IMG/VR virus record: IMGVR_UViG_3300006916_000041
Coordinates: 108,410-172,409 of that record
Reading direction: 5' to 3' (one strand)
DNA from: a virus
DNA length: 64,000 bases
Below, one piece after another: positions 46,686-56,896 of this stretch. A program made the position numbers and the translations under genes. Every line of letters starts with the position of its first letter. The first letter of the stretch is position 1. Below the pieces are notes generated by a model, which saw nothing but the letters and a program-made list of their open reading frames with translations, made no database searches and was not told the DNA's origin.

Positions 46686-47879
46686 CTATTCTTCTCCAGA
46701 TATAAATTTTTTAACAGAACTATAAGGCATAATGTCTGCATAACTAACACCTCTGAACTTATCTCTAGATGTAGTGTTTTTAATAAATATTTCTTTCCAC
46801 ATTTTATCTACCGGTCTGTTAAGTTCTTGTTGAAAATAACGATAATCAATATTTTTATCTACAGTTGTAAAATCATCTCGCCAACCTTGCTTAATTTCTT
46901 CAAGAATTTCTGTCTTAGCTTCATTTGGTAACAATCCTGCACTTAATTCATCTTCGTTTACCATATTAAACCATACATCAATATCATGCTGTGTATAAAA
47001 CTCTAAACTTTTAATAATATTTTGTATACTGTATGCACTTACTGTATACGAAATACCTATCCAGGCAATTTTATTATCAAGTTGAAACTGTTTAGCCTTT
47101 AAAAGATTTTCTTTAAACACATCCCACTTGGCTGGAAATCTATTGTACTCAAAAGTTTCTTCAATACCATCTGCACTATACAAAATACTTACACGCTTAA
47201 ACTTACTAAAATATTCATTGAAATATTCATCGTTGTGTATACTTCCATTTGTTGCATAATTTAAACTCATATCTGCACTTTTGCCAGAATCAATCAAATG
47301 TTGCAAAAATTCCCATTGTTTTTTAATAAGCCAAGGTTCACCGCCATAAAAGTCAAAATGTTTTGTTTTATGTGTTTTTTCAATAATGTGTTTCCAAACA
47401 TCTTCGTTTTTATACCAATGATACAAGTGATGTATTTTATCAAATTTTTCGTTCAAATGCGGCAGTATTTGTGCATTCTCAGATGCTATTAAACTACTAC
47501 TTGTAGTATTACAAATAACACATTTTTGATTGCAAAGATTACTTAATTTTAAGTCTACACTAATTAAGTCAGTATTATCAACAGTTGACGTAATAAAACT
47601 TTTATACTGCTGATTTTTTCTTATGCGTAAACTAAGAACGTTTACATTTTCTTCTTTCCAACATTTATTACACCCGCTTGGGTTATCACCTGCTAGTAAT
47701 TGTTGTCTCAAGATTTGCATTTCCTGACTGTTCATATAATCGTCGATACTGTCGGTGCTAATATTAAATTCTTGTCCTTTGGAATTTTTGAAGCCGCCAG
47801 AATAAACACAACAAGGGCGCATTCGACCTTCGTTATTAATTTCTAAACCAATCCAAGGCATTATACAATAATTTTTCAT
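46686..47879 (-). CDS. Radical SAM protein with N-terminal twitch-like domain
   Basis: YCIMPW, PCC, CNKC, CNQKCVIC, YGGEP, ATNG. Confidence 0.92.
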   Translation of the reverse strand: MKNYCIMPWIGLEINNEGRMRPCCVYSGGFKNSKGQEFNISTDSIDDYMNSQEMQILRQQLLAGDNPSGCNKCWKEENVNVLSLRIRKNQQYKSFITSTVDNTDLISVDLKLSNLCNQKCVICNTTSSSLIASENAQILPHLNEKFDKIHHLYHWYKNEDVWKHIIEKTHKTKHFDFYGGEPWLIKKQWEFLQHLIDSGKSADMSLNYATNGSIHNDEYFNEYFSKFKRVSILYSADGIEETFEYNRFPAKWDVFKENLLKAKQFQLDNKIAWIGISYTVSAYSIQNIIKSLEFYTQHDIDVWFNMVNEDELSAGLLPNEAKTEILEEIKQGWRDDFTTVDKNIDYRYFQQELNRPVDKMWKEIFIKNTTSRDKFRGVSYADIMPYSSVKKFISGEE

Positions 47880-49189
47880 AATTTATTTACACCAAAATAT
47901 TTTTTAAGCACATCTTCGATATGTGGCAATGATTTTTTCCAGTCGAGATTTCCAGTAATGTCGTACGTGTTTAGTCTTTTCAACAGACTTTTCATGTTGT
48001 TGTCAATTTTCTGCGAATCAATATCTAAACTCATTTCAATTCTATTAAGAACTTCACTGGGTCGATTAATATATGCATCGTCTATATCAGGATTATTTAA
48101 GATCCATGCAATATAATCTTGATATACTTCTATTAGATGTTGTTTATACTCTGTTGGCATAAAATACAAATTCATGAATTCAGGTGTCATAATATAGTTC
48201 ATTGAACTATTTGGATATTCGAGCCAGTTGTTTTCGATACAATATTTGTCAAACTCAGGAAACTTTTCAACATTAAGAATTCCAATTGTAGGGCTAGGTG
48301 TAATTGTAACATGCGGTGCTTTTTCTTTAATTTCGTTAAAATTATTTTTAAAATCTTCCCATACTAAGTTTGTTCTTATGTATTCAACGGTATCTTCCAT
48401 ACCATCAATACTTGCTCCTATATATACATTTGGAAAATTTTTCCAAACATCAACTAAATTCCTTCCTTTATACTTTAGTGTAGTTAAATTAGTGTTGTAT
48501 TTGATACTACAATTAATATTTCCTATCTCTATCAAGCGATCCAGTATCTTTAAATGTTCAGGATATAATACAGGCTCACCGCCAGCAAAATATATTTCCT
48601 TAACGTAAGGAAGATATTCTTCTATTTTATCAAAACAATCACTGTGTATAAATTTCTGTGGTGTTCGTGTAAATCCATAAACCTTTATTTCCTCTTCGTA
48701 CCAACTACTGCTCAGACCATGTCCACACATGCGACATTTTAAATTACAGATATTGCCAAACCTGATATCTAAATAGCGTATTTTTACATCTTCGATACTA
48801 CCATCATCGTTTGTAGAATTGATGTATTCTTCCCATTCAGATTCATCGATGAAAAAGTCATTGAACCATTTTCTCATCGAACTATCTTTAATTTCGATAC
48901 TAGTTTTTTCTCTGTCGTAACATCTATCACAACCTCTGTCTTTTTCGCCAGTCATCATTTTCAGTCGAAGTTCTTTAAAACTATTGTTGTTTAAAATATC
49001 AGTTACTGATTCCGATTCATCTATATTTCCAAATCTTTTTGGATCTTCTCTATAGACTCCATAATCCCAAATACAACATGGTTGCACATTTCCGTCGGGG
49101 CGAGAATGTAGATGTATCCACGGAGCAGCACAAAAGCTACCATTATTTTTTAATTGTTTTATTTTTTCATTTTTTATATTATGTTTCAT
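47876..49189 (-). CDS. Radical SAM protein with N-terminal twitch-like domain
   Basis: FCAAPW, PCC, CDRC, CNLKCRMC, AGGEP, YNTN. Confidence 0.92.
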   Translation of the reverse strand: MKHNIKNEKIKQLKNNGSFCAAPWIHLHSRPDGNVQPCCIWDYGVYREDPKRFGNIDESESVTDILNNNSFKELRLKMMTGEKDRGCDRCYDREKTSIEIKDSSMRKWFNDFFIDESEWEEYINSTNDDGSIEDVKIRYLDIRFGNICNLKCRMCGHGLSSSWYEEEIKVYGFTRTPQKFIHSDCFDKIEEYLPYVKEIYFAGGEPVLYPEHLKILDRLIEIGNINCSIKYNTNLTTLKYKGRNLVDVWKNFPNVYIGASIDGMEDTVEYIRTNLVWEDFKNNFNEIKEKAPHVTITPSPTIGILNVEKFPEFDKYCIENNWLEYPNSSMNYIMTPEFMNLYFMPTEYKQHLIEVYQDYIAWILNNPDIDDAYINRPSEVLNRIEMSLDIDSQKIDNNMKSLLKRLNTYDITGNLDWKKSLPHIEDVLKKYFGVNKL

Positions 49190-49964
49190 TTATTTTCATA
49201 ATTTCATTACTTTTATTTAAGATATATCCATCATATTTACATAAATTTTTTCTGACCTCTGATTTTATTAAATCTACAACTTCATCATAATTTTTCACAG
49301 TATTTTTTTTATCTTTGCTAGGAACAATATTAATCATATTGTCATCAATTTCAAAATTACTAGATATTTTCATATCTTCAAGTATTTGGGGTCCACTTTT
49401 TCCTAAAATAGAATCTTCATAATATAAGATTTCATGACATGGAATGTTAAATTTATTTTCTATTAACATAATATGATCTCGTACTGAAATTTCCGTTATA
49501 AAGCGAATCGTTTTATCATCTATTATATATATGTTTTCATCTTGCGATTTTGCTTTTTCTGTATACCATAAACCTTGAATTTTTGAAATACAATGACTCA
49601 AAATATTCTCAACGATATTCTTTCTTACAAGAAATATATTATACATATCCTCTGTTTTTTGTAAATACGTGTCTATCAACGTTTTATCGATAAGTTCTAA
49701 ATCATATATATTTGGAATTTGTGTTTTTATAATACATTTTTCGGCAAACATCAAATCATCTAATCTATTGTAGATATATTTACTCATTTTTTCAAAATCC
49801 GAAAAATCATCATTGAATGCATACCTAAGATTTAAAAATTCTGTAGGAAATTTATTAAACGGAGGCGGTCTTCCTATATCCGTGCCACCAATTAACACAT
49901 GATACAGATAACTAGACCCAGAACGCGGTTGTGAAATTATTTGTATTTTTTTCTGATTTATCAT
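49179..49964 (-). CDS. Sulfotransferase-family protein
   Basis: SQPRSGSSYL (5'-PSB loop), LVRKNIVENILS (3'-PB), YYED. Confidence 0.7.
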   Translation of the reverse strand: MINQKKIQIISQPRSGSSYLYHVLIGGTDIGRPPPFNKFPTEFLNLRYAFNDDFSDFEKMSKYIYNRLDDLMFAEKCIIKTQIPNIYDLELIDKTLIDTYLQKTEDMYNIFLVRKNIVENILSHCISKIQGLWYTEKAKSQDENIYIIDDKTIRFITEISVRDHIMLIENKFNIPCHEILYYEDSILGKSGPQILEDMKISSNFEIDDNMINIVPSKDKKNTVKNYDEVVDLIKSEVRKNLCKYDGYILNKSNEIMKINET

Positions 49965-51067
49965 AACATACTTTCTATTTTTGAAATATATTCTTTATAG
50001 TCTAGTCTTTTAAAGTTTTTTGTAAATTCTAATCTCGTTTTTAATTTTTTGAACTCCATTGGGTCAAAAATTGACATTTCTATATTTTTTCTCACATGGT
50101 CATCAAATATACCAAAATAGTTGTTATCTAAAATTTTTTGCTTAATATCATTATTAATAACATTAAAGGAGTAGTATTTTGGATATTTTACAAATGTTAT
50201 TACTGGAGTATAAAATTCATTTTTTATTAACCACTCTGATAGTTCATTTAAATAAAAAAGGTTTAATACACTAATAGTTACGTGAATGTTAATATTTAAA
50301 TTCTTGTTTGTTTTTTTTAAATCTATCAAATCTGATATATTTTTATTAACTGTTTTCCATTTTGCGTTTGTTCTTATATATTCAAATGGAAGTCCAATCG
50401 CATCTATACTCAACCCGAAAGTTAACTTATTGACAGTATCTAAGTTATTTTTATAGTAATATTTTTTTACAGATAAACTACCATTGGTCGAATAGTAAAT
50501 TTCACAATTTTTATTTTCTTTCAAAACTTTTTTTAATATATCTTGATGTAAATTATCAAATAATGGTTCACCCCCCAGAAATTCTACTAGTTTAACATGG
50601 GACATATCTTCCTTTTTGATTTCTTCGAAGTTGCTATATTTTTTTACTACGGAAGATATTTTTTCGGTCTGATATAATTCGCTGTATTTTTCTTCTTCTC
50701 TTATTAATTGAAAAGTTGCTTCTGGAACACATGTCCTACAAGCGAGATTACAAATATTACCAGTTGATAATGATAGATATAATAAAGAATTATATTCGGA
50801 ATCTTTTTCATATTGTTTTCTATTTTGTTTAATTCTAAGACTTTCAATATTTTTCTTTTCTACATCCCAACATTTTTGACATTGGATTGGACGGTTTCCA
50901 TTGTTCAATTGAACCCTTATTGTTTTATGTTCATCAGAATTTAATAGTCGATTAAATGATTTATATTTCTGACCTAATTTCATATGACAACAGCTACTAC
51001 CATTTTCTTGATGAAATCCATGAAATGCAAGCATACAATATGTATCAGAATCCCTATTAGGTTTCAT
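49961..51067 (-). CDS. Radical SAM protein with N-terminal twitch-like domain
   Basis: YC...SCC...CQKC, CNLACRTC, LGGEP, STNG. Confidence 0.9.
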   Translation of the reverse strand: MKPNRDSDTYCMLAFHGFHQENGSSCCHMKLGQKYKSFNRLLNSDEHKTIRVQLNNGNRPIQCQKCWDVEKKNIESLRIKQNRKQYEKDSEYNSLLYLSLSTGNICNLACRTCVPEATFQLIREEEKYSELYQTEKISSVVKKYSNFEEIKKEDMSHVKLVEFLGGEPLFDNLHQDILKKVLKENKNCEIYYSTNGSLSVKKYYYKNNLDTVNKLTFGLSIDAIGLPFEYIRTNAKWKTVNKNISDLIDLKKTNKNLNINIHVTISVLNLFYLNELSEWLIKNEFYTPVITFVKYPKYYSFNVINNDIKQKILDNNYFGIFDDHVRKNIEMSIFDPMEFKKLKTRLEFTKNFKRLDYKEYISKIESML

Positions 51068-52529
51068 TAATTAATCCATTTTTTACAGCATCAGCTTTAA
51101 CTTCATTGAAAATATCACTACCCCACTCAACCGCATTTGCTTCTATTGCATGTGGTACGTGATTTTTGTTTTCATTATCTGACAAACTCAAATACCAGTT
51201 TATCAAATCCCCCCAATCTGAAAATGCCTTTTCAAATAACTTGTTTCTTCTAATATCATATTGATTATAAAAGTTGAAAAAATCATTTTGTCTTACTTGT
51301 AGGTCACTGACTTTTTTTACACTGTGTCCTTCATTAACCTCACGAATATAACTAATTGTTCTAGTCATTCCGTCGACTTCATGAACTCCCATATATTGTT
51401 TATTTTGTTCTAACCATTTTTCATAATAGTCTGCTCTTTCGTTACGAATGTTTTCTGGAAGTGTAGTAATACTTTGAAAACTTGGAAAGCGCAAAATATT
51501 ATAACTTAAATAAATATTTTTTCCTGTTTTTTCTTTTAACTTAAATACTTCCTCGTGAAACTTATCTAAACTACCTAGACATAAAGCATTTAATGTTAGC
51601 ATAATATGAAATCCAGATAACTCTCCTTCTGTTAGCAATCTTTCCATATTAGCATACCATTCATCCCAGATTAAACCATCCCTAATATACTCTGCTTGAA
51701 TACCAAAACTTTCATTACTAGTATATATATCTAAATTTTTAATGAACTTACTACATTGTATAAGTCTATCTAGTTTATCTTTTTTTATACCTAGATTAGT
51801 ATTTACTGCTAATCTTACATCGCAATCTGGATTCTTTTCAAACCAATCTACCAATTTCCAGAAATCATTACTCACAGTAGCTTCACCGCCTGTAACCCTT
51901 AGTTCTTTTAAACTATATTGTAAATCACTTTCCCACCATTTCCAAAATGCATCAATATATGGATTTTCTTTATTTGCTGGTCCATATGGTTGTGCCCAAT
52001 TACCTTCTGTGCCAAATGCACCCCAGCCATCACTTAGTAAGTCTTGGTAAGGTCCATTTTTCTTTACATCGTGTGACCATGTTGTACTGAAACCAGCATT
52101 ACAGTAACTACAAGCAAAGTTACAGTTATTATCAAACGCTATTTCTAAGTTTATTGGATTAAAACTTTGTCTCCAGTTAGCGTCAAATGCTTCTTGAAGT
52201 TTATTATCTTCATAAATTTTACTTTTGTAAACTCTGTCACTTACTAAATTTTGATCTAAATTTTCTATCTTCCAGCAATACTCACATTCTCGAGTTTGCT
52301 TTCCTTCTTGCATTTCTTTTCTTACTAATTTTTTATAGGTAGTATTGTGCAATGCACTAGGATCTCGTTTAACTTCTTCGGGATCAATTTTATGAGGAGG
52401 CGGATGATGACAACTAGTAGTTGCGCCATGCCCTAGCCATATTGTAGCATTATACCATTTTGCTCCACAAAACGTAGCACTCTTTGTGTCTAATATATTT
52501 TTTTTATATTCTAAAGAATCACTTTTCAT
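51057..52529 (-). CDS. Radical SAM protein with N-terminal CHH-variant twitch-like domain
   Basis: FCGAKW, SCHHP, ECEYC, CNFACSYC, TGGE. Confidence 0.92.
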   Translation of the reverse strand: MKSDSLEYKKNILDTKSATFCGAKWYNATIWLGHGATTSCHHPPPHKIDPEEVKRDPSALHNTTYKKLVRKEMQEGKQTRECEYCWKIENLDQNLVSDRVYKSKIYEDNKLQEAFDANWRQSFNPINLEIAFDNNCNFACSYCNAGFSTTWSHDVKKNGPYQDLLSDGWGAFGTEGNWAQPYGPANKENPYIDAFWKWWESDLQYSLKELRVTGGEATVSNDFWKLVDWFEKNPDCDVRLAVNTNLGIKKDKLDRLIQCSKFIKNLDIYTSNESFGIQAEYIRDGLIWDEWYANMERLLTEGELSGFHIMLTLNALCLGSLDKFHEEVFKLKEKTGKNIYLSYNILRFPSFQSITTLPENIRNERADYYEKWLEQNKQYMGVHEVDGMTRTISYIREVNEGHSVKKVSDLQVRQNDFFNFYNQYDIRRNKLFEKAFSDWGDLINWYLSLSDNENKNHVPHAIEANAVEWGSDIFNEVKADAVKNGLINET

Positions 52530-54091
52530 TCAAAACTCTCTTTTGCTAACTTACAAACTTCAAAGAAATTTTTCATTTCAGGATATACTTTAAGAAAATC
52601 TGTTCCTCTGCGTTTATCCATTTCATTGATGTAATCATAAAATTTAGCTCTACCTTCTCTAATATCGTCATGCCCTTCACGCTCAGGTCTCGTTTTTTGA
52701 TTATAATAAGCACGGTGCATAACAATACGTTTTAATTTTTCAACTTCTACATTTAAAAAACCTATTTCTGTATTCCATACACTGCTAGGATTATTATCAC
52801 TCATGTATTTAATTGTCGGTAACAAATAGTTCGTAAGTAAATCTTCAGAGCAAAAATGAACATCCATCCACTCAGGCCATCTCAAATACGGAATATCTAG
52901 ACTAACTGTAATAGTGTGCGATCGATTACGTTCTCTATGAGCTATAATTTGATCCATTGTTCCGTCAGAGTTATCATATCCTGTAGCACTTAAAATAACA
53001 GTTTCACTAGTGTCATTTGGAGTATATTTTCTTTTAAGATTAAGAACCCATTCTAGCATCGGTTTAAAACTAGTAATACTTAATATATTAAATGCAGACA
53101 TTATAGAAAGTCTGATATTATCCATTTCAGCGATTTGTTCTGCACGAATCTTTAAAAGATTAAAGTTTAAACCAGTTCTAGCATATTCTGCACGTTCGCC
53201 CCAGCCTTCTAAACTAGTATAAACAGTAATTTTTTTAACAACTTCCTTATCTCTCATTTCAGTTAATAGTAAAACAAACTCGTTCCATAACTTGTCAGGA
53301 ACACTAAGATTACTGTTAATAGAAAATTCCATTTCGGTATTTGGATTTTCTATCAAGTATTTCATAGTTTTAAAAGTTTCTTTACTCATAAGCGGTTCGC
53401 CGCCTGTAATACGATAATGTTTTAAATGCTTACTAGCTTCAGGAAACCATTTCCAAAATGCATCAATGTATGGATTAAACTCTCTATTTTTAAATGTTAA
53501 TTTTTCGAGATCATGATGTGCATGTACTATTTCTTCTTCTGTACTATCTTTTAAAAGTTCAATCGGACCATGTTGTTTTAATTCTTCTACCCATTTACTA
53601 CTAAATTCAGGACCACAGTATGTGCATTTCATATTACAAACATTGCTAAAACTTACTTCTAAATAGCTTGGATATATATCTTCATCGCCAGTTAAACTAA
53701 CAATATCGTCATGATCTTCGAAAGCCCAATACTCTAAACTTTTAATAAATCTATCACTTTTACCGCCGTCATCTTCTACTCGCCAGCAGTAATCGCACTC
53801 TGCCGGACGTTCGTCACTAAGCATTTGTTTTCTAGCTTGTTTAAGATGATTTGTATTAAAAAGTGCATGAGGATTTTGTTGAATTTCATCTAAAGGAATT
53901 TTATGAGGAGCTGGATGATGACAAGCATGTGTCATACCTGTGCCTAGATGTAATGTAACTTGTTTAAATTTAGCTAAACACATCCCACATCCTGTATTGT
54001 CGAGCAGAGATTTCATATTCCAAATATTATTATCGTTGTGTTCTAGTACACCATTGGAAAATCTATTCCAATTTAAATCGTCTTTTTTCAT
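52526..54091 (-). CDS. Radical SAM protein, tandem paralog of 51057..52529
   Basis: MCLAKF, ACHHP, ECDYC, CNMKCTYC, TGGEP; GAGGA RBS favours ATG 54091. Confidence 0.92.
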   Translation of the reverse strand: MKKDDLNWNRFSNGVLEHNDNNIWNMKSLLDNTGCGMCLAKFKQVTLHLGTGMTHACHHPAPHKIPLDEIQQNPHALFNTNHLKQARKQMLSDERPAECDYCWRVEDDGGKSDRFIKSLEYWAFEDHDDIVSLTGDEDIYPSYLEVSFSNVCNMKCTYCGPEFSSKWVEELKQHGPIELLKDSTEEEIVHAHHDLEKLTFKNREFNPYIDAFWKWFPEASKHLKHYRITGGEPLMSKETFKTMKYLIENPNTEMEFSINSNLSVPDKLWNEFVLLLTEMRDKEVVKKITVYTSLEGWGERAEYARTGLNFNLLKIRAEQIAEMDNIRLSIMSAFNILSITSFKPMLEWVLNLKRKYTPNDTSETVILSATGYDNSDGTMDQIIAHRERNRSHTITVSLDIPYLRWPEWMDVHFCSEDLLTNYLLPTIKYMSDNNPSSVWNTEIGFLNVEVEKLKRIVMHRAYYNQKTRPEREGHDDIREGRAKFYDYINEMDKRRGTDFLKVYPEMKNFFEVCKLAKESFE

Positions 54092-54092
54092 A

Positions 54093-55076
54093 TTATTCCT
54101 CAACTGAATCTTTAACTTGATCTTCTCGAATTTGCGGGCCTAATCGACTGGGATTACGATATACTGTTTTCCAAAAACGACTGCCAGCTATACCGACATC
54201 AGCAATTTCTAAATCAAGTTTTCCTCTGAGATCATCTCCTAATCTCACGATTTCTTGTTTAAGTTTAGTGCTATCCCACTGCATACCTGTGCGTGGACAC
54301 AATTGATCTCCGCCTTCAAATTTAGGAGCAAGTTCTTGATTGAAATAGTTGCTGAGCCAATCAAAATCTCTAACATTTTTCCAATCCCATTCATGACGCA
54401 GTATATTAGTCATGTGACATCCAAGTCTGGCACCGTAAATAGCCCATAATCCGTTCTCAACATCTTCGCCAACTGTCATCCATACCATTAAACGTCTGTA
54501 GTTTTCTCTAAAAATTTGTTTAAGTTTCTCAGGAGGAACAACATCGCCGTTTTCTAATCCCATTTTAACACCTTCGCGGAAACCAGCTCTCCATGCTTGT
54601 AATGGGCTGCCATTATTGTATACCCAACTATACCAGTTATTCATTTGAATATACTGTATGTTCCAACAAAAGTCAACTTGTGCCCGTTTGTCTGTTGCAG
54701 GTGCAGCTTCGTGTGTACGCATACTGTTAACAACATCAACTGGCCACATTTTAATACCGCCGTTGCCATATACTAATCCGTTTACAACGTTCTTTGCTGC
54801 AAAACTAATAACATGACTGGGAGCAATTTTGTCCATGTCCAGTTCGACATTAAAGAAATCGTCGTTAACAATATTATCAGCATCTACAGTAATAAAGCGT
54901 TCAGTTTCACTCAATGCTGCCGCAGCTTTGTGTGCAGCATCGCTGCCCCAGACGCCGTGACTGCGTTTGGCCCACGGACACTTTTCTAATAGATCTGCAT
55001 AGTTTTCATCTGCGTTAGGTTCGTCATAACTGATGTATACTATGTCAAATTCGTTAATACTTACCAGATTCGACAT
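54093..55076 (-). CDS. GT-A-fold glycosyltransferase-like protein
   Basis: ISYDEP, AHKAAA, TVDAD (DxD), NGLVYGNGGIK, WRAGFRE. Confidence 0.6.
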   Translation of the reverse strand: MSNLVSINEFDIVYISYDEPNADENYADLLEKCPWAKRSHGVWGSDAAHKAAAALSETERFITVDADNIVNDDFFNVELDMDKIAPSHVISFAAKNVVNGLVYGNGGIKMWPVDVVNSMRTHEAAPATDKRAQVDFCWNIQYIQMNNWYSWVYNNGSPLQAWRAGFREGVKMGLENGDVVPPEKLKQIFRENYRRLMVWMTVGEDVENGLWAIYGARLGCHMTNILRHEWDWKNVRDFDWLSNYFNQELAPKFEGGDQLCPRTGMQWDSTKLKQEIVRLGDDLRGKLDLEIADVGIAGSRFWKTVYRNPSRLGPQIREDQVKDSVEE

Positions 55077-56070
55077 ATTCTATTTCCTCAAATTTAAAAT
55101 TTATGTTCTTGCCTTGTTCTCCCACTAATATTTTACAAGTGGCAGGATCCACTTGAGTTTGTACAATATACTCCTGATGATTTCCTATTTTATCAATGGG
55201 TATTATAATCCTATCCAACAGCTGATTGGGATTATTTCCGGTTAGATATAAACGTAAATCATTGTAGATTTTATATTCGTGTGGATTTTCAAAGTTACTG
55301 CGTATAATCCAACCCTGTGTACTAGGACTTACGCTAAAAATCGCATCATCGTCATAATCTTTATTTTGAATGTATATGTGTTTTCTCTTTTTATTGTTTC
55401 TGAGTTCATTTTCAATGAACTGATGTTTTATTTTTAATCCATAGGTTTTAAACACTCGTTTAGTATATATATCAATATCTCCGAGTTGTACTTTAGTTCT
55501 AAGTCTGCTGAGATCAAATAGTTGAGCTTTGTTTGTTACTAAATCAATGGGGTTTATTGATATTGTTTGATATAGTATATTTGGGTTATTTTTACGAGTT
55601 ATATAAAATTTTAAATCATCAAAACCGTGAGTGTTCTCAATATGTACTGCACTATTTCCTTTGTTTCCGGTAATTTTATAAAATAGCTCTTCGCTTATAT
55701 AAACTTGAATTTTATAATCACTTAGATAAGCTACAATATTAATATCTTGATCTGATGATAACGATGACTCAGATACCTTACTAAGATATTCTTCTGCTTT
55801 TTTAAGTCTTAGATAATTATCTCTCAGTACTATTTTATAACTTTGTGTTTGATAATCTTCGGCTACAACATATTTTTTAAGACTTTTAGTACCTGTCATC
55901 AAGTCTTTTACAGTTGGGTCTGTAGTTAGAAGATAAGGGTACTCTATATTGTTTTGCTTTTTACTAGCAATTGATATTATATTTCCGTGCCACTCGTCGA
56001 AATAAACATAGAAACTATGCGTAGTGTTCGAGTCTGGTTTTTCTTGAATTAAAAGTTTGTTTAAGCTCAT
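55054..56070 (-). CDS. Hypothetical protein with internal duplication
   Basis: 338 aa; LKFYITRKNNPNIL repeated as LRLYLTGNNPNQL. Confidence 0.7.
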   Translation of the reverse strand: MSLNKLLIQEKPDSNTTHSFYVYFDEWHGNIISIASKKQNNIEYPYLLTTDPTVKDLMTGTKSLKKYVVAEDYQTQSYKIVLRDNYLRLKKAEEYLSKVSESSLSSDQDINIVAYLSDYKIQVYISEELFYKITGNKGNSAVHIENTHGFDDLKFYITRKNNPNILYQTISINPIDLVTNKAQLFDLSRLRTKVQLGDIDIYTKRVFKTYGLKIKHQFIENELRNNKKRKHIYIQNKDYDDDAIFSVSPSTQGWIIRSNFENPHEYKIYNDLRLYLTGNNPNQLLDRIIIPIDKIGNHQEYIVQTQVDPATCKILVGEQGKNINFKFEEIEYVESGKY

Positions 56071-56896
56071 TGATTATTTCTTTTGTTAGGAAATTTTCAT
56101 CTCTGTAATGAACAATTCCATTGGATATAGTACTGTTTTCTATAATTATTTCTTGTTTATTTGTGTACCAATTATTCAATGAATCTGTCCAGTTATCGGA
56201 CAGATCAGTTGTCCATAAATTCTGAGAAGAAACAGACAAATCGTAAAAATTATTAATAACAACATTTGTTTCATTGTTTATATCTAAACAATGTGTAACT
56301 AAATTGCACAGTATATTTTTATCAAATGTGTCTGGCTTTATATCGTTAAAAAAGATACTGTATACTTGTCTCCAATTTTGAAAAATTGGATCAGCCATTT
56401 TAAACCAAGCTAATGCCTCGTCACTTGTGTTATAATAAAACAATTGATTATAATTTTGAGGCAATTGGTATTTTTGTTCAATTTCAAAATCAGATATTTT
56501 TTGCGTTAATCCGTTTCTAAAATTTCTAGCTATGCTGGTCATACCTATGTCGACATTTGCAAATTGATCCCAAAGTAGACCGACATCAACATTTAAGAAT
56601 AAACTATCTGCATCAACATAAATCGTTTCATCAAATGGTGTACAGTGTGCTAATTGCCAAAAGTTACTGCCATGATATCCGTCTGCATGTCCGGTATTAC
56701 CAAATGGAAGTTCAACAATATAATCAAATGCATCAAAATAATTTTTATCCACTAGATCACTTTTATCCTTGTCTACTACTAGACAAACTTCTGCTTCTGG
56801 ATCACAATTTTTAATACTCAGAGAAAGTGCATAACTGTATTTTACTCGATCCGCATCGGTATCTATACCAATTGTGATAAATCCTCGTTTACTCAT
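56015..56896 (-). CDS. Glycosyltransferase-like protein (GT-A, GT8-like)
   Basis: LSLSIK, TPFDETIYVDAD (DxD), C-terminal VHY. Confidence 0.6.
   Translation of the reverse strand: MSKRGFITIGIDTDADRVKYSYALSLSIKNCDPEAEVCLVVDKDKSDLVDKNYFDAFDYIVELPFGNTGHADGYHGSNFWQLAHCTPFDETIYVDADSLFLNVDVGLLWDQFANVDIGMTSIARNFRNGLTQKISDFEIEQKYQLPQNYNQLFYYNTSDEALAWFKMADPIFQNWRQVYSIFFNDIKPDTFDKNILCNLVTHCLDINNETNVVINNFYDLSVSSQNLWTTDLSDNWTDSLNNWYTNKQEIIIENSTISNGIVHYRDENFLTKEIINELKQTFNSRKTRLEHYA

Noticed and set aside
14771-54091. Assigning specific names (moaA, pqqE, nrdG, anSME) to the radical SAM genes
   Set aside because: Partner genes for those pathways are absent and the domain architectures differ
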